This document shows, one piece after another, positions 11,027 through 20,669 of a stretch of DNA of 64,000 bases. The notes under the pieces are model-generated. The model was given only the letters and a program-made list of their open reading frames with translations, was not told the origin of the DNA and made no database searches. Each line of letters opens with the position of its first letter. Position 1 is the first letter of the stretch. Position numbers and translations under genes: made by a program. The DNA is from Candidatus Omnitrophota bacterium. GTDB lineage: Bacteria; Omnitrophota; Omnitrophia; Omnitrophales; Aquincolibacteriaceae. The stretch is taken from contig JAYTHE010000011.1 in the NCBI GenBank assembly GCA_043732705.1, positions 7,605 through 71,604 of the forward strand, in the 5' to 3' direction.

Positions 11027-11055
11027 ATGATAGAGGAAAGCATATCCACAATCAA
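11027..11055 (-). promoter_or_regulatory. Putative sigma70 promoter for the 11014-to-4302 gene run
   Basis: Minus strand TTGATT (11055-11050), 17 nt, TATCAT (11032-11027), 12 nt upstream of the ATG at 11014. Confidence 0.45.
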
Positions 11056-11098
11056 CAAAAAATCTTGCGTGCGGACTTACTGTGGACGCCTCTTTAAA

Positions 11099-12178
11099 TT
11101 ACTGGTGAGCTTCGGGGCCGGGCCGCAAAGTTTCTGCATTTTTATAAGCGTCAAAAGACATGCGCGCGCCGGCCTTTAAATTCATGACGCGCGGCTCATG
11201 CGGAATCCGGCCTAGAGAAATTCCCAAAATCTTCTTTGCTAAAAGCAGCATCGTATAGTTTTTTTTTCTCATTTTTTGGGACAGCAGCATAAAAAAATAG
11301 CCCCCGCCCCACCGGAGAGCATGCAGCGCATATTTTAGAAAAAGAAATATTCGAATCGAGAAACTCCCCATAATTCCATAATATTTTCGTGTAAAGTAAG
11401 CCTGAGACCGGCGGTACTCCACAAGCACGTGCATTAAATTATACCGGGCAGATTGGCCGCCATAATGGCAAATCGACGTTGCCGGCAAATAGCGCACTTC
11501 CCATCCCTTATCTTGAATCCGGCGGCACAGATCAATATCCTCGAAATACATAAAAAACCGCTCATCCAAAAGCCCGGCGTCTTCAAGCGCCTTACGCCGC
11601 AGCATCATGGAAGATCCTGAAACCCAATCCACGTTTTTGAGCGACGCATATTTTTCATCCAGATAGTCGCGAACTTTGTGATCGTTGATCGATAAACGGT
11701 AATGCATCATTTTTCGAATCATTTCAGTGCGAAGATTGGGAAAGTGGCCGCATGAAAGTTGGAAACGCCCTTCCCCATCGACTTCGCGGCAGCCCAATAC
11801 TCCGATTTCAGAATGGGAATCCATAAAATCTAACATAATGTCAAAACTGTTTTCAGTCAGGCAAGTGTCGCTGTTCAGTAAAAAAATATATTCGCCGTGG
11901 CTGTTCTGGATGGCCAAATTATTTCCCGCGGCAAATCCGACATTTTTTCCGGTCTCGATATAAGTTAGGTTTTCGCAGCTGGAACAAAAAAGCTGTTCTT
12001 CATTCTTTTCGGAGCCATTATCAACAACAATCACTTCCCAGGAAAAAAGCGGGGCGAACTTTTGAATTGATTTCAGACACTCGGCCGTAAGACGCGTGGT
12101 GTTGAAATGAACGATAATGATGCTTAATTTAAAGGATTTCATGCGTTCCATCATAGCGGAGTTCTGCCTTGACTTCAA
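11099..12178 (-). CDS. GT2 glycosyltransferase, WbbL/rhamnosyltransferase-like
   Basis: VVDNGS, NVGFAAGNN, LLNSD, DWVSGS, FFMYFEDIDLCRR. Exact start uncertain. Confidence 0.85.
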   Translation of the reverse strand: MKSRQNSAMMERMKSFKLSIIIVHFNTTRLTAECLKSIQKFAPLFSWEVIVVDNGSEKNEEQLFCSSCENLTYIETGKNVGFAAGNNLAIQNSHGEYIFLLNSDTCLTENSFDIMLDFMDSHSEIGVLGCREVDGEGRFQLSCGHFPNLRTEMIRKMMHYRLSINDHKVRDYLDEKYASLKNVDWVSGSSMMLRRKALEDAGLLDERFFMYFEDIDLCRRIQDKGWEVRYLPATSICHYGGQSARYNLMHVLVEYRRSQAYFTRKYYGIMGSFSIRIFLFLKYALHALRWGGGYFFMLLSQKMRKKNYTMLLLAKKILGISLGRIPHEPRVMNLKAGARMSFDAYKNAETLRPGPEAHQ

Positions 12179-12876
12179 CCGGCCGGATATTCGCGCTCTG
12201 CGCGGTTATAACTCTCAATCGTTCCGATATCGCGGTGATAAACACCGTTATGAAACGTGAAAATACGGCCTAAATAATGTGGCAATACTTCGGTGCTGAA
12301 ATCGATTTGATCTTTTGAGAGGCTTTCAAGGAAACTAAAAACGGAGGGCTCCAGTATATAAACCGCGCCATTCGCCAAATTGCCGGGAGGATTTGAAGTT
12401 TTTTCATGAAAAGCCTGCACCACTCCGTGCTTATCCAATTCGACAATTCCGCAGGATTCGGGGGCTTCTGAAACAAATGTCATCATTGTAATTTCACAGC
12501 CGGCCGGCCTATTGCGATGGGCGCGCGCATACGCCTTTACGTCAAAGCGCGACAGATTGTCCGCGTGCACGAGCATGACCGGATCCTCACCAAAAAATTG
12601 ACGGTTTTTTAACAGTGTGCCGCCTGTGCCAAGAAGGTTTTCTTCATAAACAACCGTGACATTTTTTGCGTAAGGGCTTGTTTTTAAATAAGCGCGGACG
12701 GTATCCGCAAAGTAATGCAGATTAACAAGCATCGGAGTCACGCCGGCCTCGCTCAGCATTTGAAGCCAATACTCGAGCAGCGGCCTGCCGTGAATCGGAA
12801 CAAGGCATTTCGGAATGGAATCGGTCAAGGGACGAAGTCTCGTACCCATCCCCGCCGCTAAAAGCAATGCCCTCAA
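12175..12876 (-). CDS. Sugar-1-phosphate nucleotidyltransferase (HddC/mannose-1-P guanylyltransferase-like)
   Basis: LLAAGMGTRLRPLT..PK, LGTGG, EK, DIGT; no C-terminal left-handed beta-helix. Confidence 0.85.
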   Translation of the reverse strand: MRALLLAAGMGTRLRPLTDSIPKCLVPIHGRPLLEYWLQMLSEAGVTPMLVNLHYFADTVRAYLKTSPYAKNVTVVYEENLLGTGGTLLKNRQFFGEDPVMLVHADNLSRFDVKAYARAHRNRPAGCEITMMTFVSEAPESCGIVELDKHGVVQAFHEKTSNPPGNLANGAVYILEPSVFSFLESLSKDQIDFSTEVLPHYLGRIFTFHNGVYHRDIGTIESYNRAEREYPAG

Positions 12877-14345
12877 CTCTTGATCTCCATCATCAGTTCA
12901 TTTGCGCTAAGTGGAATATTCCCGATACGCCCCAGCTGGCATGCGGCCGCGATTGACCCAAGATAAGCGGCCTTCCAAATATCCGCACCCACCGCCATTG
13001 CCATCGAAGCGCAGGTTAGCAAGGAATCGCCGGCGCCCGAGACATCTTTCGGCGCCGCATTCATTGCCGGCAACCGGTCGGTCAGCCATTTTTCAGAAGA
13101 AGATGTCGCGGCATGAATCAATAACCCTTCCGAACCCAAAGTTAGCAAAATATTCTTGGCTTTTGCTTTAACGCGAAGCATTTCCGCCAGTACAACTAAG
13201 CCGGCATTAAAATCACCGACTGATATTCTTGCTTCCCGCTCGGTGGGCGTAAGCAAAAAGGCATCGTGAAAACGCGAGACATATCCGATTTGAGAAGAAG
13301 CCTGGCTGTCTGCCACGATCATGATGTTCTTCGCCAGGCAAAGCGCAATAATTTCATCGACTAACGGCTGAGGCAGGCAGCCATAATTAAAGTCAGAAAA
13401 TATGAGCAGCTTCACGCCATTTAAACTTTTTTCAAGATCTTGGAATATTTTCTTTTGAATTTCACGGTCAATCGGATGCTGATGAAAATGATTTACCCGT
13501 AAAAGAGTTTTACCATGCGCGCGAAATCGTTCCTTGCGGATCGTCGGACGGCTTTCATCCGTATAAAGATGCGCTGTGACACTTTGTTTTTCTAATTGGG
13601 TTCGAACAAATTGCGCGGCTTCATCGTTCCCAACGACGGAAAAAAAACGCACCTCCGCGCCAAAGCCCTGAGCATGAGCGGCTACAATCCCCGCCGCCCC
13701 CACAAACCTGTCACGCGAAAGCGGCGCCACGGCAATTGTGGGATCTTCCTGCGACATCCCAAGCGGCTCACAAGTAACATACTCATCAACGATGGTTTCA
13801 CCGATCACGACAACCCGCAGCCCTTTCATTTTCTGCACCACAGTTTTTAAATCCAACATATTAAATTTATGGCGTTCGGGAAAATCTTTTGGCTTAACGA
13901 TGGTTGAAAAATTGAGGTTTTTAAATTCATCCCGCAAAAGGTCAAGCGAGGAAAAGCTCGCTTCTCCCGAACTGAAAAGCAGTTTGCCGCCGTAAGATTC
14001 AACGGCTGCCAGCTCAGAATTCACCTGACTTTCATGCTCTTGCCCTTTGACTACAAATTTTGGCTTAAGCTGTCGGATAAACTCTTCTGGGCTCGCTTTT
14101 AAAAGAAACGCAAAGTCAACCCAGCTTGTGGACTGCAGTCCTTCTAAACGCAGATTTTCAGGCAAAAGCGTAGGCGCATTATCCTGATCGGACAAAACAC
14201 CAACCACGAGCAGGTCGCCACATTGTTTCGCAAACCGGAGAAGGCGCAAATGCCCGGGATGAACGACATTAAAATTACCCGAGACAAATACGATGCGCTT
14301 TGCCTCACCCGCCTGTTTTTTAATTTCATTAATAATAGACTGCAT
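12873..14345 (-). CDS. Bifunctional HldE/RfaE-like protein with inverted order: N-terminal cytidylyltransferase-like domain, C-terminal PfkB kinase
   Basis: SGNFNVVHPGH (HxGH) at the N-terminus; IGETIVDEY, FSDFNYG and DVSGAGD (ribokinase anion hole) in the C-terminal part. Confidence 0.85.
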   Translation of the reverse strand: MQSIINEIKKQAGEAKRIVFVSGNFNVVHPGHLRLLRFAKQCGDLLVVGVLSDQDNAPTLLPENLRLEGLQSTSWVDFAFLLKASPEEFIRQLKPKFVVKGQEHESQVNSELAAVESYGGKLLFSSGEASFSSLDLLRDEFKNLNFSTIVKPKDFPERHKFNMLDLKTVVQKMKGLRVVVIGETIVDEYVTCEPLGMSQEDPTIAVAPLSRDRFVGAAGIVAAHAQGFGAEVRFFSVVGNDEAAQFVRTQLEKQSVTAHLYTDESRPTIRKERFRAHGKTLLRVNHFHQHPIDREIQKKIFQDLEKSLNGVKLLIFSDFNYGCLPQPLVDEIIALCLAKNIMIVADSQASSQIGYVSRFHDAFLLTPTEREARISVGDFNAGLVVLAEMLRVKAKAKNILLTLGSEGLLIHAATSSSEKWLTDRLPAMNAAPKDVSGAGDSLLTCASMAMAVGADIWKAAYLGSIAAACQLGRIGNIPLSANELMMEIKS

Positions 14346-14364
14346 GTTTTACCTTAGCTTGATT

Positions 14365-15615
14365 TTAGCCGGCATAGTTTAGCAGATTACGGTGCTTCTG
14401 AATAAACCGAAGACAAACGCGTGACTTCGTGCCATAAGAATAATGCCCGGGCTTAAAAAGCGCTAAATAAACGGCGTGGAGTTTTTCTTGCTCTGCGGAC
14501 GGGGTGAATTGTCCGTCAAGCCGGTCCAGCATTTCCGCCGCAAGATCAGACAAGTCTTCGGAAGTATTTTCATCGGCGCGTATTTTGGCCCACTCATACT
14601 GCTGCGTGAAGAAGTACCCTCCCGCTTCGGAACTGAGCAATTCATCGAAAGTCAAATATCTCTCGAGGGATTCACTCCAAAGTAATTTAGGAATGCTCAA
14701 ATCACATTCGCGGACGCCCAGCGTTTCCACGGGAATCATATTCGCATTTGCCACGGGCACGCCGAATATCGTACTGACAAAAAATAATCCGGAAGTATCC
14801 CCAAGAAAAAACCGCGCCTTGGCGCAAAGCACGACATCGAGCCGCTCTGACTTAAGCGGATGCCGGGCATAATCAATCACTCCCGCGATTTCTGGCAATG
14901 GCGTCATACCCGGATCGCCCATGCGCACGCAAACACCGCCGCGACGGACAATTTCTTTCATTGCAGGAATGGCATTGGCTATACTCGCATTTCGATGGCG
15001 TTGAATAATTTCATTTTTCGGCATATAGCTTCCTTCGCGCACATGAACACAGACAAACCATTGATTCTCTTTCATTCCAAGCTGTGCCAGCTGCTGCTTG
15101 CCCCAAACCTCATCTTCCGCATTCAAAACCAAAACTGGGGGGCGATTATCCCAAAGTGTATTAATACGAAAAATTTCCTGGGTGCCAAAAAACTTCGAAA
15201 TATACCGCGATAGATCCTCCCTCATTACCCAGCGCCGGGACATCAGCTCGAGTATCCATGCCAAAATTGGATTTAAAACAACCGGAATAAATTTTTTCCA
15301 GTAATTTAATAAGTGCTGATTGGCGACGAAGCCTGTACGGGCCGTTATAAAAAAATGATGCCGTTTCCGTATTAATCCCAAGCGTTGCTCTTTGATAAAA
15401 GTATCCACATCAGCGGCAAGATGTCCGATATGCCAAGTTTGGACATAAAGGCGCCTAAAACCCAGCAAGTGTACGAGAACTCCCAGAGGAAGAGAAAGAA
15501 TCCAAAGAATTTCGAGGGCAACACGCTTCACACAGACACAAAAAATCCAAAACCAGCCGTATTGTTTAAGGCGGCTCCGGACAATATGCAGAAGAGTTTG
15601 GTTTTGGGAAAGCAT
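14365..15615 (-). CDS. TIGR04372-family putative glycosyltransferase
   Basis: HIGHLAAD, WFVCVHVRE, RNASI, VRMGD, IDYA, FFLGDTSG, ENTSEDL. Start at ATG 15615 overlaps the upstream stop (TGATG). Confidence 0.8.
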   Translation of the reverse strand: MLSQNQTLLHIVRSRLKQYGWFWIFCVCVKRVALEILWILSLPLGVLVHLLGFRRLYVQTWHIGHLAADVDTFIKEQRLGLIRKRHHFFITARTGFVANQHLLNYWKKFIPVVLNPILAWILELMSRRWVMREDLSRYISKFFGTQEIFRINTLWDNRPPVLVLNAEDEVWGKQQLAQLGMKENQWFVCVHVREGSYMPKNEIIQRHRNASIANAIPAMKEIVRRGGVCVRMGDPGMTPLPEIAGVIDYARHPLKSERLDVVLCAKARFFLGDTSGLFFVSTIFGVPVANANMIPVETLGVRECDLSIPKLLWSESLERYLTFDELLSSEAGGYFFTQQYEWAKIRADENTSEDLSDLAAEMLDRLDGQFTPSAEQEKLHAVYLALFKPGHYSYGTKSRVCLRFIQKHRNLLNYAG

Positions 15616-16829
15616 CAGCCGGCAGATTGATTGCGCCGCAGCAAGGATTGCCCGTAACGAATGGCAGGTTTTTCGATAAGAAGAAAGCTGACGGCACCCC
15701 ACAAAAAAATACCGGGAAGATAAACAAGCGGTAAATACCAAAAAGGCATTCCGGGCAGTGTTTTAAAATGTTGGTAGGATGCATCCGTACCTAATTGACT
15801 GAATAATGCTATTTCGTGAAAATTGGCCTTGATATAAAAAAACTGAATGATGTAAACGCTGTATGAAATTACCCCGATTAACCGCAGAGGGAGAATATTT
15901 AAAAATTTTCCGGCCCATTCCACATGCGGCAGAGCAGCCAGAATAAGCCCGCAGGCTAATCCAAGCCCAAGCGTATGTCCATCCATGTGCACTTGCCCTA
16001 GGCCCATAACAGCGCCCCAGTCATACTTAGGACCCTGCAAATCCATCCCTAGCAGCAAAATTCCTGTGCAAAAGAAAATAAGCGCCGATTTCTTTTTTAA
16101 AATCAGCGAAAACTCCGAAGCCGCGATACCAATAAAAAAATATTTCCAAAGAGAGAAAAAACGGCTCGGATAATCCGCTGCAACCATCGCCGCGATCATA
16201 ATCAGCGAAAATAAAACCATTTTTCGTCGGCCTAAAACAATGACCGCCAAAGGCAAGAAGGCATAAAAAATCATTTCAATATAAAGGCTCCATGTCGGCG
16301 AATTAGCAAATCCCCCGGGCCAATTAAAAATTGTCAGCATAAAAAAATCCGAAACAAAATAACCCGGCGCCGTAAAATTTGCGGTTGCAACATATTGCTT
16401 AAGCATTAGACAAATGATGACTGCAAAGACATAAACGGGATAAATGCGAAAAAAACGGCGGATGGTGTAATCACGCAAATCCTGCAGGCTCTTAATTGAA
16501 AGAACCGACCTGTAAATTAAAAAACCGCTGAGTACGGCAAACATCGGCACGCCCTTTGAGGCATAACCAATAAACTGCATAGGACGAAGAACCTGCGTGG
16601 AACTAAAAACAGGATACGAGGACCACCAGAAATGACCGAGCGCGACCAAGGCGGCCGCGAATCCGCGTAAAGTATCAAAACCGCGCAAATACTCTTGGTG
16701 TGGCGGAATAGGATGGACAAAATGTGGCGCAATAATATTACGCGAGGTCGGAAAAGCGAGCAGGAGCAATAAAAAATAAAATAAGCCGGAGGAAATAGTT
16801 GCGACGGGATAAGCGGTAATCCAGCTCAT
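15615..16829 (-). CDS. Acyltransferase-3 (OafA-like) O-acyltransferase
   Basis: FDTLRG, FAVLSGFLI, RRFFRIYP, WSLYIE..FY, ISYSVY, IEKP; ~10 TM. Confidence 0.9.
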   Translation of the reverse strand: MSWITAYPVATISSGLFYFLLLLLAFPTSRNIIAPHFVHPIPPHQEYLRGFDTLRGFAAALVALGHFWWSSYPVFSSTQVLRPMQFIGYASKGVPMFAVLSGFLIYRSVLSIKSLQDLRDYTIRRFFRIYPVYVFAVIICLMLKQYVATANFTAPGYFVSDFFMLTIFNWPGGFANSPTWSLYIEMIFYAFLPLAVIVLGRRKMVLFSLIMIAAMVAADYPSRFFSLWKYFFIGIAASEFSLILKKKSALIFFCTGILLLGMDLQGPKYDWGAVMGLGQVHMDGHTLGLGLACGLILAALPHVEWAGKFLNILPLRLIGVISYSVYIIQFFYIKANFHEIALFSQLGTDASYQHFKTLPGMPFWYLPLVYLPGIFLWGAVSFLLIEKPAIRYGQSLLRRNQSAG

Positions 16830-17338
16830 TGATTTGCTATTTTCCGTAAATCGTCCGCAAACCGCTCTTTTTCCTGAGCAGCGGCCCAGGGTGCAAATTG
16901 ATTTCCGATAAAGGGCCCGCTAATTGTTTCAATAAAAACAGCATATTCACTTAAAGGAATAATCGTATGCCAACTTGCTTTGTTAAGCCGGAGCATGCGC
17001 TGCAAACCGGAATCTCCTGCTTTGAGACGGTAAGAAACCGTTTTTTTTCCGTCATCACTAAAAACCATGACGGCCATTTCTCCGCGCACAATGTGAAATG
17101 ACTTCCCCGATTTGAAATTAATATGAGGCACATCACAACTTTCGCGGGGCAAAGCGACAAGCATTTCATGCAATGAATCATCCGTTTGCGGGTGCAGCAA
17201 AATTCTCGCCCGCTTTCTAACGGCTTTTCTTGCGCGCGCAATCGTTTTGTTAATTAAATCTTCAGTAATTAAAACGACGGCGGACGCTGAGACTTCAACC
17301 GCGTCATTTAATTCCGCAAAATGATTTACTTCGGACAT
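16826..17338 (-). CDS. WbuC-family cupin-fold protein
   Basis: RKRARILLH...LHEML...PH, WHTI, ETISGPF...FAPWA. Confidence 0.75.
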   Translation of the reverse strand: MSEVNHFAELNDAVEVSASAVVLITEDLINKTIARARKAVRKRARILLHPQTDDSLHEMLVALPRESCDVPHINFKSGKSFHIVRGEMAVMVFSDDGKKTVSYRLKAGDSGLQRMLRLNKASWHTIIPLSEYAVFIETISGPFIGNQFAPWAAAQEKERFADDLRKIANQ

Positions 17339-18354
17339 TGCAGTTTTGATTCCATTGCCTGGATTTGAGGATAAAACTCACTTCCGCCGGAAAGCTGTAC
17401 GCCATAAATTTCTTCAAAAATACGCCTGGCCTTTTCCCATTGTTCATCAGGAACCGTACGCCAACGGCCAAGAAAACTTGCAATCCCGAACTGCAATCCC
17501 GCAAAAAGTGCCGAACCAATTACTGCCGTTGAAAATTTGCGGTTTTTCAGGCCGGACGCATGGTCACGCAAAACATCGACCCCCACATCAGGCGCATTAT
17601 TCAGCATGCAAAAACTTGCTAGCTTTAAAATTGAAAAATCCAACCGGTCAGAATCGTTTGTCCATTGCTTCGCGCACCATTCAGGGCGGCGCATCCATAC
17701 TCCGTCAGCAGCCACTAAAACGCCGTAGCGAAAATCTTCCGGTTCAATCGGGTCAGGCTTGCGGAATAAGCCGAGACGCGGATAACCATAACCGCGGTAA
17801 TCTAAATTCAGAAGAATAAAACCTTTGCTGAGAAGATACTCATGTGTTTCCGAAAATAATTTTTGGCCGATAAAACAGGGCTGAAAATTACAGCTGCTGC
17901 GAATACCGAGAATATTCCGGTCCAATTGACGGGATGCGCCGATAATCACATCCTGCTCCGTACCTTCTGTATCCACTTTCAGGAAATCCAGGGCCAGATT
18001 ATTTTCTTCTGCCACGACATCCAAGGTTCGCGTACGGAGTTTGATCTCCTTCTCAATTTCTGCCTGCCCCGGCTTGAGCCGGCGAAAGCACTCGGATGTC
18101 AAATCGGGTTTTAAAAAAGAGCTCAATCCGCGATGTTTTAAAAGATAGAAAGTGCGCTCGCCTTCATGGCTGTCTAAAGCGGTTTCAAAAACCTTGAAAA
18201 GCTTTGCATCCAAAGTGCCGCGCAGCCGCTCGGCTTCAACCGTATCCGGTTCAAACATTAAATAATTGAGCGGCGCTTTATAATTTCGCCATGAAGGATG
18301 CATGCCATATCGCGCACCGACATCCGCAATCACCGTTATTTCCTGAGAAGCCAT
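17326..18354 (-). CDS. FkbM-family methyltransferase
   Basis: DVGARYG, FEPD, TLD, FLKVDTEGTE. Confidence 0.85.
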   Translation of the reverse strand: MASQEITVIADVGARYGMHPSWRNYKAPLNYLMFEPDTVEAERLRGTLDAKLFKVFETALDSHEGERTFYLLKHRGLSSFLKPDLTSECFRRLKPGQAEIEKEIKLRTRTLDVVAEENNLALDFLKVDTEGTEQDVIIGASRQLDRNILGIRSSCNFQPCFIGQKLFSETHEYLLSKGFILLNLDYRGYGYPRLGLFRKPDPIEPEDFRYGVLVAADGVWMRRPEWCAKQWTNDSDRLDFSILKLASFCMLNNAPDVGVDVLRDHASGLKNRKFSTAVIGSALFAGLQFGIASFLGRWRTVPDEQWEKARRIFEEIYGVQLSGGSEFYPQIQAMESKLQCPK

Positions 18355-18378
18355 TATTCCTCCGTTATGAATGCCGTA

Positions 18379-19650
18379 TTATGCCCGAGCATCGATGAAA
18401 TGAACATCCGGAAAAGGGATTAAAAAACGCCCGCCTTTTTTCAGATATTCGGTATTTTTCAAACGGATCGGTTCCGCATAACGCCAAGCTAACACAATCA
18501 CGAGCGCCGGATTGCGCGCGGCCAACTGCTCGCGGCTGACCACGGGAATTTGATAATTAGGCCCAGTCAAAGTCTTCTTGAAGGGCGTATCATCCACGAT
18601 AAAAGCGATTTTCTGGTTCAGATCAAATTGGTTGATCAGTGAAGCGCAGCCTACCGAAGAACCGTAAACCGCAATTTCACGGCTTTCTTTTTCCGCAGTC
18701 TCCACGGCCGCTGCGATTTTCAAGGCAATGGTGTTCAACTTTTGTGAGAAATGCTCATAGAGCGCCTGCGAGTAAAGCCCTGATTTTTCTTCAAGGGCTG
18801 AAAGCTCCGCAACACTCGGATGGATTGCCCGTCCGCCGCCGGCCAGCTGCACATAAACTCGAATTGAGCCGCCCTTCGGCCAAATACGCTCAGCTTCAAA
18901 AACCTCGAAACCCTTCGCGGCAAAAAATTTGATCAGCGGCTTGATAGAAAAATAAGTCAGATGCTCATGATAAATAACATCCAGCAGAGTTTTATCCAAT
19001 ACGTCCAGCGCATATTGCGTTTCAAAAACAAAAACCCCTTCCGGAGCGAGGCAAGTTCGCACGCCTTCGACCATATCCGTCAAATCATCAAGATTGGCGA
19101 GCGTATTGTTTGAAATAACAATATCCGCCCGGCCATGCTCCCGGCTGATTTCCCGCGCTAACGTTTCCGTGAAAAAGTCAGCCCGCGTGGGAATACCGCG
19201 GGCTGTTGCCTTTTCCGCGATTTGCCGCGCCGGATCAACGCCTAACACGGCGGCACCTTTCGATTTAAAATATTCCAGTAAAGTTCCGTCATTACTGCCG
19301 ATTTCAATCACCAGCGAATTTTGTTTATTTTTTAATTGGGATAAAAGAATATCAGCCAATTGCGAAAAATGCTCGCTGAGCCCTAGCGAAACCGAAGTCT
19401 CATACATGAAGGTGTCATACTGCAAATGAGGATCGACCACGGTGGTCAGCTGCATCAAACCGCAGGCATGGCAGGAATAAATATCAAGCGGTGCCGTGAC
19501 CCTCAGCAATTCTGTGATTTCCGCGCTCGTCTCGCCCACATTCGGCGAAACGACGGGAATGGGCTTGAGGGGTACGCTTTTGAACAGATTCGTGCTGCCA
19601 CAAAGCCGGCAGGTATTACGAATTGTGAAAGGACTGCTTTTCACTTTCAT
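18379..19650 (-). CDS. NDP-sugar C-methyltransferase (TylCIII/EryBIII-like, N-terminal Zn site)
   Basis: CRLC...CHAC, EIGSNDG, GVDPA, DVIYHEHL.YFS, GGSIR, VLAWRY..I. Confidence 0.85.
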   Translation of the reverse strand: MKVKSSPFTIRNTCRLCGSTNLFKSVPLKPIPVVSPNVGETSAEITELLRVTAPLDIYSCHACGLMQLTTVVDPHLQYDTFMYETSVSLGLSEHFSQLADILLSQLKNKQNSLVIEIGSNDGTLLEYFKSKGAAVLGVDPARQIAEKATARGIPTRADFFTETLAREISREHGRADIVISNNTLANLDDLTDMVEGVRTCLAPEGVFVFETQYALDVLDKTLLDVIYHEHLTYFSIKPLIKFFAAKGFEVFEAERIWPKGGSIRVYVQLAGGGRAIHPSVAELSALEEKSGLYSQALYEHFSQKLNTIALKIAAAVETAEKESREIAVYGSSVGCASLINQFDLNQKIAFIVDDTPFKKTLTGPNYQIPVVSREQLAARNPALVIVLAWRYAEPIRLKNTEYLKKGGRFLIPFPDVHFIDARA

Positions 19651-20669
19651 ACCTTTGAATAAATTTCATTCATAAGCACCATATCATTAAGCGAATCTTT
19701 CCCCGTAGCGAGCACACCAGCTTCGCCATCACTCACCGCGCTAATAAAAGCCTGCATTTGATTATTAAAGCTCCACGGCTGGCTGTGATCAACAAAATAC
19801 TGCGTCTTGGCTCCATTCACATTCTCATCAAGCGTTACGACAGCACTTTGATTTTTTTGTTTCAACGAAGTCAATTGCAGCTTCAAACGTCCTCGTTCAA
19901 AAAAAAATTCGAATGACTCTTCCCATTTGCCGGTCGCGGATTTCCCCATATCAAAAGAAACAGCTACTCCGGCCGCATCCAGCAAAGCTGACATTGAATG
20001 ACTGTGCTGTATATCCGCATGACGGCATTGAAGTTCACAATTAAGTAAATACCGCAGCAAATTAACACTATGCAGGCCTACATTTGCAAACCATTCTCGA
20101 TGATTTTTAACCGGCTCGGGAACATGTCCGGCCTTAGGCGTGCCGCGAATATAATCTTCACAGTCTCCCACATACTCCGCGCAAAAATTTTTCCCGCGAA
20201 CCATAATCAATTTCCCCAGCCTACCTGAAGCAGCCGCTTCACTAAGTAACTGACGGGCTTTGTTAACGCCCCAATCGTATCGTTTCATGAATCCCACGGC
20301 ATAAATTAATTTTTTGCTCTCGGCCAGACGCACTAGCTCTTCAGCCTCGGCAAGATTCATGGCCATCGGCTTTTCTGACAAGACATGTAAACCGCGCGTT
20401 AAAGCCGCTTTAACAATCGCAGCGGTTTTATGCCGCGGAACGACCACCACAACCGCATCCAATACCGCCTTTTTGAATAATTCCTGATCGGAACTAAAAA
20501 CAGCATTACATTTAAACCGTCTTGCCACTTCATTCGCTCGATTCAAATCGTGATCCGCTATGCTTTCCAAACGGATATTTTTTAACGCGGCAATCGCGGG
20601 AAGATGCGCGATTTGACTAACCATTCCCGTTCCGATAATTCCGACTTTTAAAAGATTATCAGGCGTCAT
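19647..20669 (-). CDS. Gfo/Idh/MocA-family oxidoreductase
   Basis: GIIGTG, HVLSEKPMA, VGFMKRY. Confidence 0.9.
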   Translation of the reverse strand: MTPDNLLKVGIIGTGMVSQIAHLPAIAALKNIRLESIADHDLNRANEVARRFKCNAVFSSDQELFKKAVLDAVVVVVPRHKTAAIVKAALTRGLHVLSEKPMAMNLAEAEELVRLAESKKLIYAVGFMKRYDWGVNKARQLLSEAAASGRLGKLIMVRGKNFCAEYVGDCEDYIRGTPKAGHVPEPVKNHREWFANVGLHSVNLLRYLLNCELQCRHADIQHSHSMSALLDAAGVAVSFDMGKSATGKWEESFEFFFERGRLKLQLTSLKQKNQSAVVTLDENVNGAKTQYFVDHSQPWSFNNQMQAFISAVSDGEAGVLATGKDSLNDMVLMNEIYSKV

